Shown here one piece after another: positions 45,974-54,868 of a stretch of DNA of 64,000 nt (position 1 is its first letter; every line of letters starts with the position of its first letter). The stretch lies in the NCBI GenBank assembly GCA_965250285.1, contig OZ252299.1, forward strand, positions 5,095,966 to 5,159,965, read 5' to 3'. The notes below the pieces were generated by a model. The model was not told the DNA's origin and did no database searches. It saw only the letters and a list, made by a program, of their open reading frames with translations. The position numbers and the translations under genes are program-made. Source of the DNA: Myxococcota bacterium. Its GTDB lineage: Bacteria > Myxococcota_A > UBA9160 > UBA4427.

Positions 45974-46514
45974 TTGCTTCCCCGTCTCTCTCTTCGGTCT
46001 CGTCGCTCTGGCCGGTCTCAGTGCTCGTGGCGCGCTTCGGGCGCGGCACGTGCGCTCCTCGACCGTGCGCCCCGCTGCACGGTGCCCCCTTCGAACGCTC
46101 GATCGCCCGGCCGTGCGTCGACCACCCGGTGGGTCGAATCGGCCGCTCGGTGACGGCGTCGTCGAGAGCGGCGGGAGTCTAGCATCTCACCCCCACAGGC
46201 CCGCGCGAGTCGGTGGCTGCTTGGGACACACCTCGAGTCGACGTCGAGCGCGCCTCGGGCCCCGTGATCGGCATCGCTGCCGGGCCGTCGCCGATCTGTC
46301 GCACGCTGGCGTCACCGGGCTACCCCGGCATCGCGTCTGCGTGCCGCACGACTTGCTCGGATGCCTCTGCCCGGCCTGCGCGATGTCCGCTATCCAATGG
46401 TTCGGGGGTGAGGGGGCGTGCGCGAATGAGGCTGCTCTTCATGCGGACGGATCGGTTCGGGGCCCACGCCGGCGTCGACGCCCATGCCCATGCCCACGCG
46501 CGAAGGGGCGACAC

Positions 46515-47756
46515 ATGAATGGTCCGCCCCGCATCATTCAAGATCCTGCAGATAGCCCCGACGAGGAGCTCGTCGAGCTCCCGATCGAGGACGAGTTCGA
46601 CCTGCATCACTTCCGACCCGAGGAGCGGCTCGAGATGCTCGAGGGCTATCTCGAGGCCGCCAGCGAGCGTGGCTTCGATGAGGTCCGCATCATCCATGGC
46701 CGCGGCCGCGGCGTCGCGCGCGCCGAGGTCCAGGCCTTCCTCGAGGACGATCCGCGCGTCGTCTCGAGCGTCGAAGCCGAGCCCGGTCGAGGCGGTTGGG
46801 GCGCGACGCTCGCCCGACTCGATGCATGTGCCGAGCCCGACCGCGTCGATGGCCAACCCGTCTTCGTCGGCGACATCCAGGGCTGCGCGCAGGAGTTCGA
46901 AGAGCTGCTCGCGCGCGTCGAGCGCGCCTTCGGGAGCGAATACCGCCTCTACGTGGCTGGAGACGCCATCAATCGGGGTCACCACAATCTGCAGGTGCTC
47001 GAGCGCATCCGCGAGCGCGTCGAGCTCGGACGCGGCGAGATGGTGCTCGGAAACCACGAGATCCACATGCTGCGTGTGGCCCTCGAGCTGCAGGAGCCCG
47101 ACGCGAACCACACGTTTCACGATGTGCTCGAGTCGCGGGAGCGAGACGATTGGGTTCGCTGGGTGCTCGGGCGCCCGCTCGCCGCCCACGGCTGGGTCAG
47201 GGGCGCGCGCTGGGTCATGGTGCACGCATCGGTGCATCCCGACTGGGGTTGGGCCGACGCGATTCGCGCCTCGCGTCGCGTCGAGCGGGTGCTGTCGTCG
47301 CCCGACGCCGCCGCCGTCGGCGATCTGCTCGCGCTTCGGCCCCAGGAGCTGCCGCGACGGGGCAGCCCGCGCGATCTGCTCGGGCGCATGACCAGCGCCC
47401 GGGTCGTGAAGGGGGCGAGATCGCGCTGGTCGAGTCGCCAGCCGAGCGAGGTCGAGGGCGAGCCGTGGCACGAGGTCTGGCAATCGCGTGGCCACGACTA
47501 CGGCGTCATCTACGGCCACTGGGCCACCCAGGGCCTGCGGGTCGTGCCCGGCCTGCGTGGCCTCGACTCGGGCTGCATCCACCATGGCCGGCGGGGCGTC
47601 GGGCACCTGAGCGGCTGGGTGCCCCAGGTGCGGCCCGGCGAACCGAGCCGGGGCTTCGACACGCCGGATGATGACGTCTGGCAGGTGCGCGCCCGGTATC
47701 GCCGCAATGGACGCCGGCATCGCAACCGGGCGCCCGTGGCCGCGATCGGCGGCTGA
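46515..47756 (+). CDS. Smr-domain / ApaH-like metallophosphoesterase fusion protein
   Basis: Residues ~25-105 are Smr (FDLHHF...VRIIHGRGRGVARAEV). From residue ~113 it is ApaH-like (VFVGDIQGC, GDAINRG, VLGNHEIHML, VHASV). The real start is ATG 46515 inside a 693-aa track ORF. Confidence 0.75.
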   Translation: MNGPPRIIQDPADSPDEELVELPIEDEFDLHHFRPEERLEMLEGYLEAASERGFDEVRIIHGRGRGVARAEVQAFLEDDPRVVSSVEAEPGRGGWGATLARLDACAEPDRVDGQPVFVGDIQGCAQEFEELLARVERAFGSEYRLYVAGDAINRGHHNLQVLERIRERVELGRGEMVLGNHEIHMLRVALELQEPDANHTFHDVLESRERDDWVRWVLGRPLAAHGWVRGARWVMVHASVHPDWGWADAIRASRRVERVLSSPDAAAVGDLLALRPQELPRRGSPRDLLGRMTSARVVKGARSRWSSRQPSEVEGEPWHEVWQSRGHDYGVIYGHWATQGLRVVPGLRGLDSGCIHHGRRGVGHLSGWVPQVRPGEPSRGFDTPDDDVWQVRARYRRNGRRHRNRAPVAAIGG

Positions 47757-47869
47757 CGGGCCCGATGCCGCTTGCGGGGCCGGGCTCGATTGCCCCGCGG
47801 GTCACCCTCTCGGCCAGCTGACGTGGGTTAGACTCCCCGCCCCGTGCGCGCCGAGCGCCATTTTCAGCC

Positions 47870-48154
47870 ATGGAGCAGAGCGCCATGCCCATCGTCCTGA
47901 TCCCCACTGCGTATCGTGGCCCTACGAAGGGCGTCGCCGAGGTCGAGGTGGCGGCCGGCTCGGCGCGCGCCTGTCTCGAGGCAGTCGACGCCGAGCACCC
48001 CGGCTTCGGTGACCTGGTTTTCGACAAGGAAGGCGGGCTCCACCGCTTCGTGACGCTCTTCATCAACGGCGACCAGCTCGACGACGCGCCGCTCGACCAG
48101 AGCGTCGGCGAAGCCGACCGCCTCGAGGTGCTCGCGGCGATCGCCGGGGGCTGA
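47870..48154 (+). CDS. MoaD/ThiS-family ubiquitin-like sulfur carrier (C-terminal Gly-Gly)
   Basis: About 90 aa, ending ...LEVLAAIAGG. Contains FINGDQL, as in MoaD/ThiS. An alternative start at ATG 47885 (MPIVLIP) has a better GGAG upstream. Confidence 0.7.
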   Translation: MEQSAMPIVLIPTAYRGPTKGVAEVEVAAGSARACLEAVDAEHPGFGDLVFDKEGGLHRFVTLFINGDQLDDAPLDQSVGEADRLEVLAAIAGG

Positions 48155-48300
48155 CCTACGCCCTGTGCGTTGTGCCCGGGCTGGGTTATCCAATACAGGC
48201 TCGGCGCAGGGCGCAGCCCGCGGCTCGCCGATCTCACATCCGGCCTCGTGAACGACGCCGGCACGAATCTCCAACCCGATCCTTGGAAGGAGCGCATCCC

Positions 48301-50037
48301 ATGGCAGGACCCGAAGGCGACCAGCTGATCTACGTCGACATGACGAACCAGACCGTTGAGTTGAAGCCCTTCCCCGACGAGTGGAAGCTGCTCGGCGGGC
48401 GCGGTCTCTCGGCGAAGATCCTGCTGCAGGAATGCGATCCGACCTGTGATCCGCTCGGCCCCGACAACGTGCTCGTGATGGCGCCCGGTGTGCTCTCGGG
48501 CACCACCGCCCCGACCTCGGGCCGCATCTCGATCGGCGGCAAGAGCCCGCTGACGAACGGCATCAAGGAAGCCAATGCCGGTGGCAATCCGGGCCAGGAT
48601 CTCATGAAGCTCGGCTACCGAGCGATCGTCGTGAAGGGTCAGCCTGCCGATGCCGAGAAGCGCTACGGCCTGCGTGTCGACGTGGGCAAGACGCCCGAGA
48701 TCGTCTCCGCAGACGAAGAGAAGGGCATGTGGAACTACGCCCTCTGCGCGAAGCTGCTCGAAGGCGAGAGCAAGAACGCCAGCGTGATCTCGATCGGTCC
48801 CGCCGGTGAGCTCAAGCTCTCGGGCGCCTCGGTCGCGTGCACCGACCAGGACAAGGAGCGCCGCCCGGCACGCCATGCTGCGCGCGGTGGTCTCGGCGCC
48901 GTGATGGGCTCGAAGGGCCTCAAGTACGTGCTGGTCGACCCGGGCAAGTCCAAGACCCGCTCGCCCGCAGCCACGAAGGACTTCACGACCCACACGAAGC
49001 AGTACTCGAAGGAGTACCTCGACGGTCCCCAGATGATGGGCAAGGGTACCGCCAACGTCGTGCCGGTGGCGAACATGCTCCACACGTTCGTCTACAAGAA
49101 CCGCACCGAGGGTCAGAGCCCCGACGCGCACGACCTGAGCGGTGAGCGCATCCACGAGAACTTCGAAGAGCGCGGTGGCGGCATGCACAACTGCATGACC
49201 GGCTGCATCGTGCGCTGCTCGAACGTCGTGCACGATCCCGACGGCAACTACAAGACGAGCGCGCTCGAGTTCGAGACGCTCACGCTGCTGGGCGCTTCCT
49301 GCGCGATCAAGACCTACGACGAGGTCGCCGAGCTCGATCGCCTGTGCGACGAGATCGGCCTCGATACGATCGAGACCGGCGCGGCCATCGCGATCCTGAT
49401 GGATTCGGGCGGCATGGAGTGGGGCGACTCGACCGGTGCGATGAACGTGCTGAAGGAGATCGCCGAGGGCACCGAGCTCGGTCGCGCGATCGGCAACGGT
49501 GCGGTCGCCACCGGCAAGTACCGCAAGCACGACCGCGTGCCCCACGCGCGCGGTCAGGCGATCCCGGCCTGGGATCCGCGGCCGCTCAAGGCCACGGGTG
49601 TCACCTACTGCACTTCGGCCATGGGAGCGGATCACACCGCGGGACTGATCGTCAACCCGGGCATGCAGCCGCCCGAGTTCGCCCAGGCGAGCCAGGAGGT
49701 GCAGCTCGTCAACGCGGTGTGTGACAGCTCGGGGTTCTGCCAGTTCCTCGGCCCCACCCTCGACGACATCCGTGCCTACTACTCGCTGCTGTACGGCGAG
49801 GAGATCTCGCGCGAGCAGATCGCCGACCAGGGCTGGCAGATCATGCTCGACGAGTGGGAGTTCAACGAGAAGGCGGGCTGGAAGGCCGAAGACGACGTGC
49901 TTTCGGATCCGCTCGTGAACGAGGGCATCGGCCCCGACAACGTCATGAAGTTCGACGTCGAGCCCGACATCATCGCGCAGGCGAAGCAGCGCTTCCCGAT
50001 CCGCGACGAGCTCTTCGTGACGAAGGCGTCGGGCTGA
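48301..50037 (+). CDS. Aldehyde:ferredoxin oxidoreductase family (tungsto/molybdopterin) enzyme
   Basis: 578 aa. The AFOR N-terminal pattern reads LLGGRGLSAKILL...GRISIGGKSPLTNGIKEANAGG, followed by the C-terminal AFOR domain. The start is at ATG 48301 behind GGAAGGAG. Confidence 0.9.
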   Translation: MAGPEGDQLIYVDMTNQTVELKPFPDEWKLLGGRGLSAKILLQECDPTCDPLGPDNVLVMAPGVLSGTTAPTSGRISIGGKSPLTNGIKEANAGGNPGQDLMKLGYRAIVVKGQPADAEKRYGLRVDVGKTPEIVSADEEKGMWNYALCAKLLEGESKNASVISIGPAGELKLSGASVACTDQDKERRPARHAARGGLGAVMGSKGLKYVLVDPGKSKTRSPAATKDFTTHTKQYSKEYLDGPQMMGKGTANVVPVANMLHTFVYKNRTEGQSPDAHDLSGERIHENFEERGGGMHNCMTGCIVRCSNVVHDPDGNYKTSALEFETLTLLGASCAIKTYDEVAELDRLCDEIGLDTIETGAAIAILMDSGGMEWGDSTGAMNVLKEIAEGTELGRAIGNGAVATGKYRKHDRVPHARGQAIPAWDPRPLKATGVTYCTSAMGADHTAGLIVNPGMQPPEFAQASQEVQLVNAVCDSSGFCQFLGPTLDDIRAYYSLLYGEEISREQIADQGWQIMLDEWEFNEKAGWKAEDDVLSDPLVNEGIGPDNVMKFDVEPDIIAQAKQRFPIRDELFVTKASG

Positions 50038-50156
50038 CGCCGATCACGCACTCGACGAAACCGTGACGGGCAGGGGGGCGACCCCCTGCCCGTTTGTCGT
50101 TCGAGTCGCGGAGGACCGAACATGCGCGATCGGCGCATGAGAGAGGAGACGGCCCC

Positions 50157-51395
50157 ATGCGCGACGTGCGCATGAAGGGGTTCGCCGAGCGGGCGGACGT
50201 CGAAGAGGTCGACGAATTCCTCGCGTCGCACACGGGCGCGCTCGCCGCCGAGTCGGTCCCGTTGCTCGCGTGCGTGGGGCGCGTCCTCGCCGTCGACGTG
50301 ACCGCGCGCGTCGACGTGCCGGGGTTCCGACGATCGGCGATGGACGGCTACGCCGTGCGCGGCGAAGAGACCTTCGGTGCGAGCGCGTACGATCCGATTG
50401 CGCTCGCGATCGTCGGTCTGTCGTTGCCGGGTTCGCCTCATGACGGTGCGCTCGCACCCGGCCGGGCCGTGCGCATCATGACGGGCGCGCCCGTACCGGA
50501 GGGCGCCGATGCGGTCGTGATGGCCGAGGTGTGCGAGGAGCGCGACGGTCGCGTCGAGATCACCGAGCCGGTTGCGCCCACCAAGAACGTCGGCGTGATC
50601 GGCGAGGACATACGAAGCGGTGATGTGGTGCTGCGCGCGGGCCGCCGACTGCGCCCGCAGGATGCCGGGTTGCTCTCGTCGATCGGCGCTTCGATGGTCT
50701 CGTGTGTTCGCCGCCCGCGCGTGCGGCTGATCGTGACCGGCGACGAGCTGCTCGAAGCGGGGAGCACGCCGTCGGGCTCGCACATCGTCGACAGCAACTC
50801 GGTGGTCCTGCGCGCCCTGGTGGCACGCGACGGCGGCGATGCGCTGCCGTTCGAGATCCTGCCCGACGTGCCGGAGCGCATTCGCGACGCGCTCTGCGAC
50901 GCCGACGCCGACGTCGTGCTCGTATCGGGCGGCAGCTCGGTCGGGCAGGAGGATCACGCGCCGCGCCTGCTGGCCGAGGTCGGCGAGCTCGACTTCCACG
51001 GCATCTCGATGCGCCCGTCGAGCCCGACGGGCGTCGGCCGCATCGGCGATACGTTCGTCTTCTTGTTGCCGGGCAACCCGGTCAGCTGTCTCGCCGCCTA
51101 CGAGTTCTTTGCCGGACCGACATTGCGCGCGCTCGGGGGGCGTCCGCGACGCTGGCCGCATCGGCGCCTCGAGCTGCCGCTCGGCCGCAAGATCGCGTCG
51201 GCCATCGGGCGCACCGACTACGTTCGGGTCGCGGTCGAAGACGGTCGAGCGATCCCGCTCGCCACATCGGGCGCCTCGATCCTGTCGTCGACGGTGCGTG
51301 CTGCGGGTGCCGTGATCGTGCCGCGCGAGCTCGAAGGGATGCCAGAGGGGGCCGTGGTCGAGGTGCTGGCCTACGACGAGGACGCAGAGGAATGA
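50157..51395 (+). CDS. moeA: Molybdopterin molybdenum/tungsten transferase MoeA
   Basis: Contains PGFRRSAMDGYAV, TGDEL and VSGGSSVGQEDH. The start is at MRDVRMKGF (ATG 50157). The stop overlaps the next ATG as ATGA. Confidence 0.9.
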   Translation: MRDVRMKGFAERADVEEVDEFLASHTGALAAESVPLLACVGRVLAVDVTARVDVPGFRRSAMDGYAVRGEETFGASAYDPIALAIVGLSLPGSPHDGALAPGRAVRIMTGAPVPEGADAVVMAEVCEERDGRVEITEPVAPTKNVGVIGEDIRSGDVVLRAGRRLRPQDAGLLSSIGASMVSCVRRPRVRLIVTGDELLEAGSTPSGSHIVDSNSVVLRALVARDGGDALPFEILPDVPERIRDALCDADADVVLVSGGSSVGQEDHAPRLLAEVGELDFHGISMRPSSPTGVGRIGDTFVFLLPGNPVSCLAAYEFFAGPTLRALGGRPRRWPHRRLELPLGRKIASAIGRTDYVRVAVEDGRAIPLATSGASILSSTVRAAGAVIVPRELEGMPEGAVVEVLAYDEDAEE

Positions 51396-53326
51396 AGCAG
51401 CAGCAGTTCCTCGAAGTGCTCGACCGGGACGAGGCCGAAGCGCGCTGGCGAGCGGTGATCGACGCCTCGCCGCGCGGCGTCGAGACGGTGGTGCTCGCGC
51501 ACGCCCTCGGCCGAGTGCTGGCCGAGCACGTCGCGACCGACGTCGACGTGCCGGGCTTCGACCGCTCGAACATGGACGGCTTCGCCGTGCGCGCCGCCGA
51601 TACGTTCGGCGCGAGCGAAGAAGAGCCGATTCGGTTGAGGAAGAACGCCGAGATCCTGCCGACCGGCGTGACGCCGACCGAGGAGGTCGCGCCGGGCACC
51701 GCGACTCTGATCGCGACCGGCGGCATGTTGCCTCGGGGCGCCGATGCCGTGGTGCCCGTCGAGATGACCGACGTCGACGCCGCCGACCCCGACGTGGTGA
51801 TCGTGCGCGGCATGCGCGCGCCCGGCGCAGCGATCTCGTACGCCGGCACCGACATGGGCATGGGCGAGACGGTGCTGTTCGAAGGCACGCATCTCACTTC
51901 GCGCGAGACGGGTGTACTCGCCGCCATCGGCCGAGATTCCGTCGCGGTGGTGCGGCGACCGAAGGTCGCGATCCTCTCGACGGGCGACGAGGTCGTGCAG
52001 CCCGGCGCCGCGATGCGACCGGGCCTCGTCTACGACAGCAACGGTCGGATCCTCGCCGACGCCGTCGCCGAGCTCGGCGCCGAGCCGTGGTTCCTCGGGG
52101 TCGTGCCCGACGATCTCGATGCGGTGCGCGAGGCGCTCGACCGCGCCATCGCGGGCGCCGACATGGTGCTGCTCTCAGGGGGCACGTCGAAGGGCGAGGG
52201 CGACCTCAACGCCAAGGTCGTGACTGAGCTCGACCCGGGCGTGGTGGTGCACGGCGTGGCGCTCAAGCCGGGCAAGCCGATCTGTCTGGCGGCCGAGGGC
52301 GACAAGCCCGTGGTGATCCTGCCCGGGTTTCCGACGTCGGCGATCTTCACCTTCCACGAGTTCGTCGCCCCCGTGATTCGAGAGATGGCGGGTCACGCAA
52401 CGGGCGAGCGCGCGACGCGCCCCGCGCGTCTCGCGCAGAAGGTCGTGTCGGAGCGCGGGCGCCTCGAGTATCTGCTCGTGGGCCTCGTGCACGACGACGC
52501 CGGCGGCCTCGCGGCCTATCCGATGGGCAAGGGCAGCGGCAGCGTCACGTCGTTCAGCCGCGCCGACGGCTTCGTTCGGGTCGGCCGCAACACGGAGATC
52601 GTCGAAGCCGACGCCCCCGTGGACGTCACGCTGGTCGGACACGACCTCGACGTCGCCGATCTCGTCGTGATCGGCAGCCACTGCACCGGTCTCGATCTGA
52701 TCGCCGCGGCGCTCGCGCGGCAGGGCCACCGGCTGAAGGTGTTGTCGGTCGGCAGTCAGGGTGGTCTCTCGGCAGCGAAGCGGGGGGAGTGCGACGTCGC
52801 GCCCATGCACCTGCTCGATCCCGAGACCGGCACGTACAACGCGCCCTTTCTCGACGCGTCGCTTCGGCTGCTGCCCGGGTACACGCGCATGCAGGGTGTC
52901 GTGACCCGGCCCGACGACACGCGCGACATCGACGAGATCCTGGCCGACCCGTCGGCGCGCATGGTGAACCGCAACCGGGGCGCCGGCACCCGCGTGCTGA
53001 TCGATGAGCTGCTCGGTGAGCGGCGCCCCCCCGGCTTCGCCTACGAGCCCAGATCACACCATGCGGTGTCAGCCGCCGTCACCCAGAAGCGAGCCGATTG
53101 GGGCGTGACGATCGAGAGCGTCGCGCGGCAGGCGGGCCTCGGGTTCCGGCCGCTGCGTCGGGAGCGGTACGACTTCGCCATACCCGCGGGCCGCTGGAAT
53201 CGTCCGGCCGTCATCGCCCTGCGCCAGCTGCTCGAACCGGGCAGCGACGTGCGCACGGCGCTGGCCGAGCGCGGCTTCGGGGCACCCGAGGCGCCCGCGG
53301 ACCCGGCGAGGGCGGTGGACCGTTGA
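51392..53326 (+). CDS. moeA: Second MoeA paralog fused to a C-terminal periplasmic-binding-protein-like domain
   Basis: Contains PGFDRSNMDGFAV, STGDEV and LSGGTSKGEGD. These are followed by a ~230-aa PBP-like domain (VIGSHCTGLDLI...GVTIESVARQAGLGF). Confidence 0.85.
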   Translation: MKQQQFLEVLDRDEAEARWRAVIDASPRGVETVVLAHALGRVLAEHVATDVDVPGFDRSNMDGFAVRAADTFGASEEEPIRLRKNAEILPTGVTPTEEVAPGTATLIATGGMLPRGADAVVPVEMTDVDAADPDVVIVRGMRAPGAAISYAGTDMGMGETVLFEGTHLTSRETGVLAAIGRDSVAVVRRPKVAILSTGDEVVQPGAAMRPGLVYDSNGRILADAVAELGAEPWFLGVVPDDLDAVREALDRAIAGADMVLLSGGTSKGEGDLNAKVVTELDPGVVVHGVALKPGKPICLAAEGDKPVVILPGFPTSAIFTFHEFVAPVIREMAGHATGERATRPARLAQKVVSERGRLEYLLVGLVHDDAGGLAAYPMGKGSGSVTSFSRADGFVRVGRNTEIVEADAPVDVTLVGHDLDVADLVVIGSHCTGLDLIAAALARQGHRLKVLSVGSQGGLSAAKRGECDVAPMHLLDPETGTYNAPFLDASLRLLPGYTRMQGVVTRPDDTRDIDEILADPSARMVNRNRGAGTRVLIDELLGERRPPGFAYEPRSHHAVSAAVTQKRADWGVTIESVARQAGLGFRPLRRERYDFAIPAGRWNRPAVIALRQLLEPGSDVRTALAERGFGAPEAPADPARAVDR

Positions 53327-53582
53327 TGGCACCCGGGCGTCGCGTTAGCTTGAACCGAGCCATGAGCGAAGCCAGTCCACCTAGCCAGAGCGGGCCACCC
53401 GGCCCGGCCCTCCTGGCCCCCGACGACAACGAGCCCGCCCAACCGGTGAGGTGCCCGCGCTCCCCGTTCGCGCGATTGGGTCGACTTCGCCCCAGCCGGG
53501 CGACGCGTCGCGTGGCCCGTCGTCGGTCCCGCGCGAAATCCGCTCAGCTTCGACTGCGTGCGTCCCGAATAGAGAGTGACTC

Positions 53583-54854
53583 ATGACGATCGCCGTCCTT
53601 CTCTTCATCATCGTGGCGTGTCTCGCCGGTTCGGCGTTCTTCTCGTCGAGTGAGACGGCCCTCTTCCGCATCCGCCAGCACGACCTCGAAGAGGACATGC
53701 AGGGCACCCAGGGCCCCGCCGCGGTCGCGGTGCGCGAGCTCGTCTCGTCGTCGTCGCGCCTGCTCGTCACGATTCTGCTCGGCAACAACGTCGTGAACAT
53801 CCTCGGCGCGTCGGTGGCTTCAGCCCTCGCGGTCCAGACGTTCGGGCCGAAGATCGGCATACCGATCGCGACGCTCGTGATGACGCTGCTCGTGCTCTTC
53901 CTCTGCGAGATCCTCCCGAAGGCGGTGGCCGCGTCACATCCCCGCGGCGTCTCGCTGCTCGTCGGGCTGCCGCTCTACGTGATCCACCAGATGCTGCGTC
54001 CGGTGCACAAGCTCTTCGACAAGGTGATCGATCCGATCGTGCGACGCGCGACCGGTGGTGCTGCCTCGGAGGGTGGCATGTCGCCCGAGCAGGTACTGCG
54101 GCTCGCGCGCGAGGTGCGCGAGGACGACGAAGCCGGCTCGCCGCTCGCGATCATGGGCGCGACGAGCGAAGCGGCCGAGCTGCACGTGACCGACATCATG
54201 GTGCCTCGCACCGAGATCGAAGCCTTTCCGGTCTCGACCGAGCCCGCCGAGCTGCTCGAGTCGCTGCTGCAGAGCCGCTACACCCGCGTGCCGATCTACG
54301 ACGACGACATCGACAACGTGCTCGGCATCGTGCACCTCAAAGATCTGATCAAGTTCGTGAACGACGACGGCAAGGATCTGCAGGCGATCCTCAAGCCGAT
54401 CATTCGTGTGCCCGAGCGCAAGCCGATCCTGCGGCTGTTGACCGACATGCAGCGTGGCTTCTGCCACGTGGCCGTCGTGAAGGACGAGTTCGGGGTCACC
54501 CAGGGTCTCGTGACTCAGGAGGACATCCTCGAAGAGATCGTCGGTGAGATTCGCGACGAGTTCGACAGCGAGGAGCTCTACACGATTCGCGAGCTGCGCG
54601 ACGGCAGCTACGAGGTGCTCGGTCGCGTGTCGGTGCTCGACTTCAACCGCGAGAGCGGCTGGGCCGTGCCGGCCGAGCGCGGCGACACGATCGGCGGCCT
54701 CATCTTCAACACCCTCGAGCGTGCGCCGCGCAAGGGCGAGGTGATTCAGCTGCCCGGCTACGACCTCACCTGTGTGGACGTCTCGGGCAGTCGCATCGCG
54801 CGCGTGCGGATCGAAGAACGACCCGACGCCGGCGAGCACCGCGACGTCGCCTGA
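53583..54854 (+). CDS. CNNM/CorC-family transporter-associated protein (DUF21-CBS-CorC_HlyC)
   Basis: N-terminal DUF21 TM region (FFSSSETALF), tandem CBS pair, and a C-terminal CorC_HlyC-like segment. Confidence 0.9.
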   Translation: MTIAVLLFIIVACLAGSAFFSSSETALFRIRQHDLEEDMQGTQGPAAVAVRELVSSSSRLLVTILLGNNVVNILGASVASALAVQTFGPKIGIPIATLVMTLLVLFLCEILPKAVAASHPRGVSLLVGLPLYVIHQMLRPVHKLFDKVIDPIVRRATGGAASEGGMSPEQVLRLAREVREDDEAGSPLAIMGATSEAAELHVTDIMVPRTEIEAFPVSTEPAELLESLLQSRYTRVPIYDDDIDNVLGIVHLKDLIKFVNDDGKDLQAILKPIIRVPERKPILRLLTDMQRGFCHVAVVKDEFGVTQGLVTQEDILEEIVGEIRDEFDSEELYTIRELRDGSYEVLGRVSVLDFNRESGWAVPAERGDTIGGLIFNTLERAPRKGEVIQLPGYDLTCVDVSGSRIARVRIEERPDAGEHRDVA

Positions 54855-54868
54855 ACAGGTTCGCCTCA

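Noticed and set aside
46125-46145. GGGTCGAATC resembling a tRNA T-loop
   Set aside because: The flanking bases do not form a T-stem. I could not build an acceptor or anticodon arm. I found no tRNA, rRNA, tmRNA or RNase P signature anywhere in the window.
46213-46518. 101-aa ORF ending in an ATGA overlap with the Smr-ApaH start, as a real protein gene
   Set aside because: Its composition is Arg/Ala/Ser/Cys-rich with a His-Ala run. It has a weaker third-position GC bias than neighbouring genes, and it has a GTG start with no Shine-Dalgarno. It is kept only as a possible uORF in the findings, not as a feature.
53327-53350. TGGCAC upstream of the CNNM gene as a sigma-54 -24 element
   Set aside because: There is no TTGC-like -12 element at the required 4-5-nt spacing. 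The nearest GC element is too far away.
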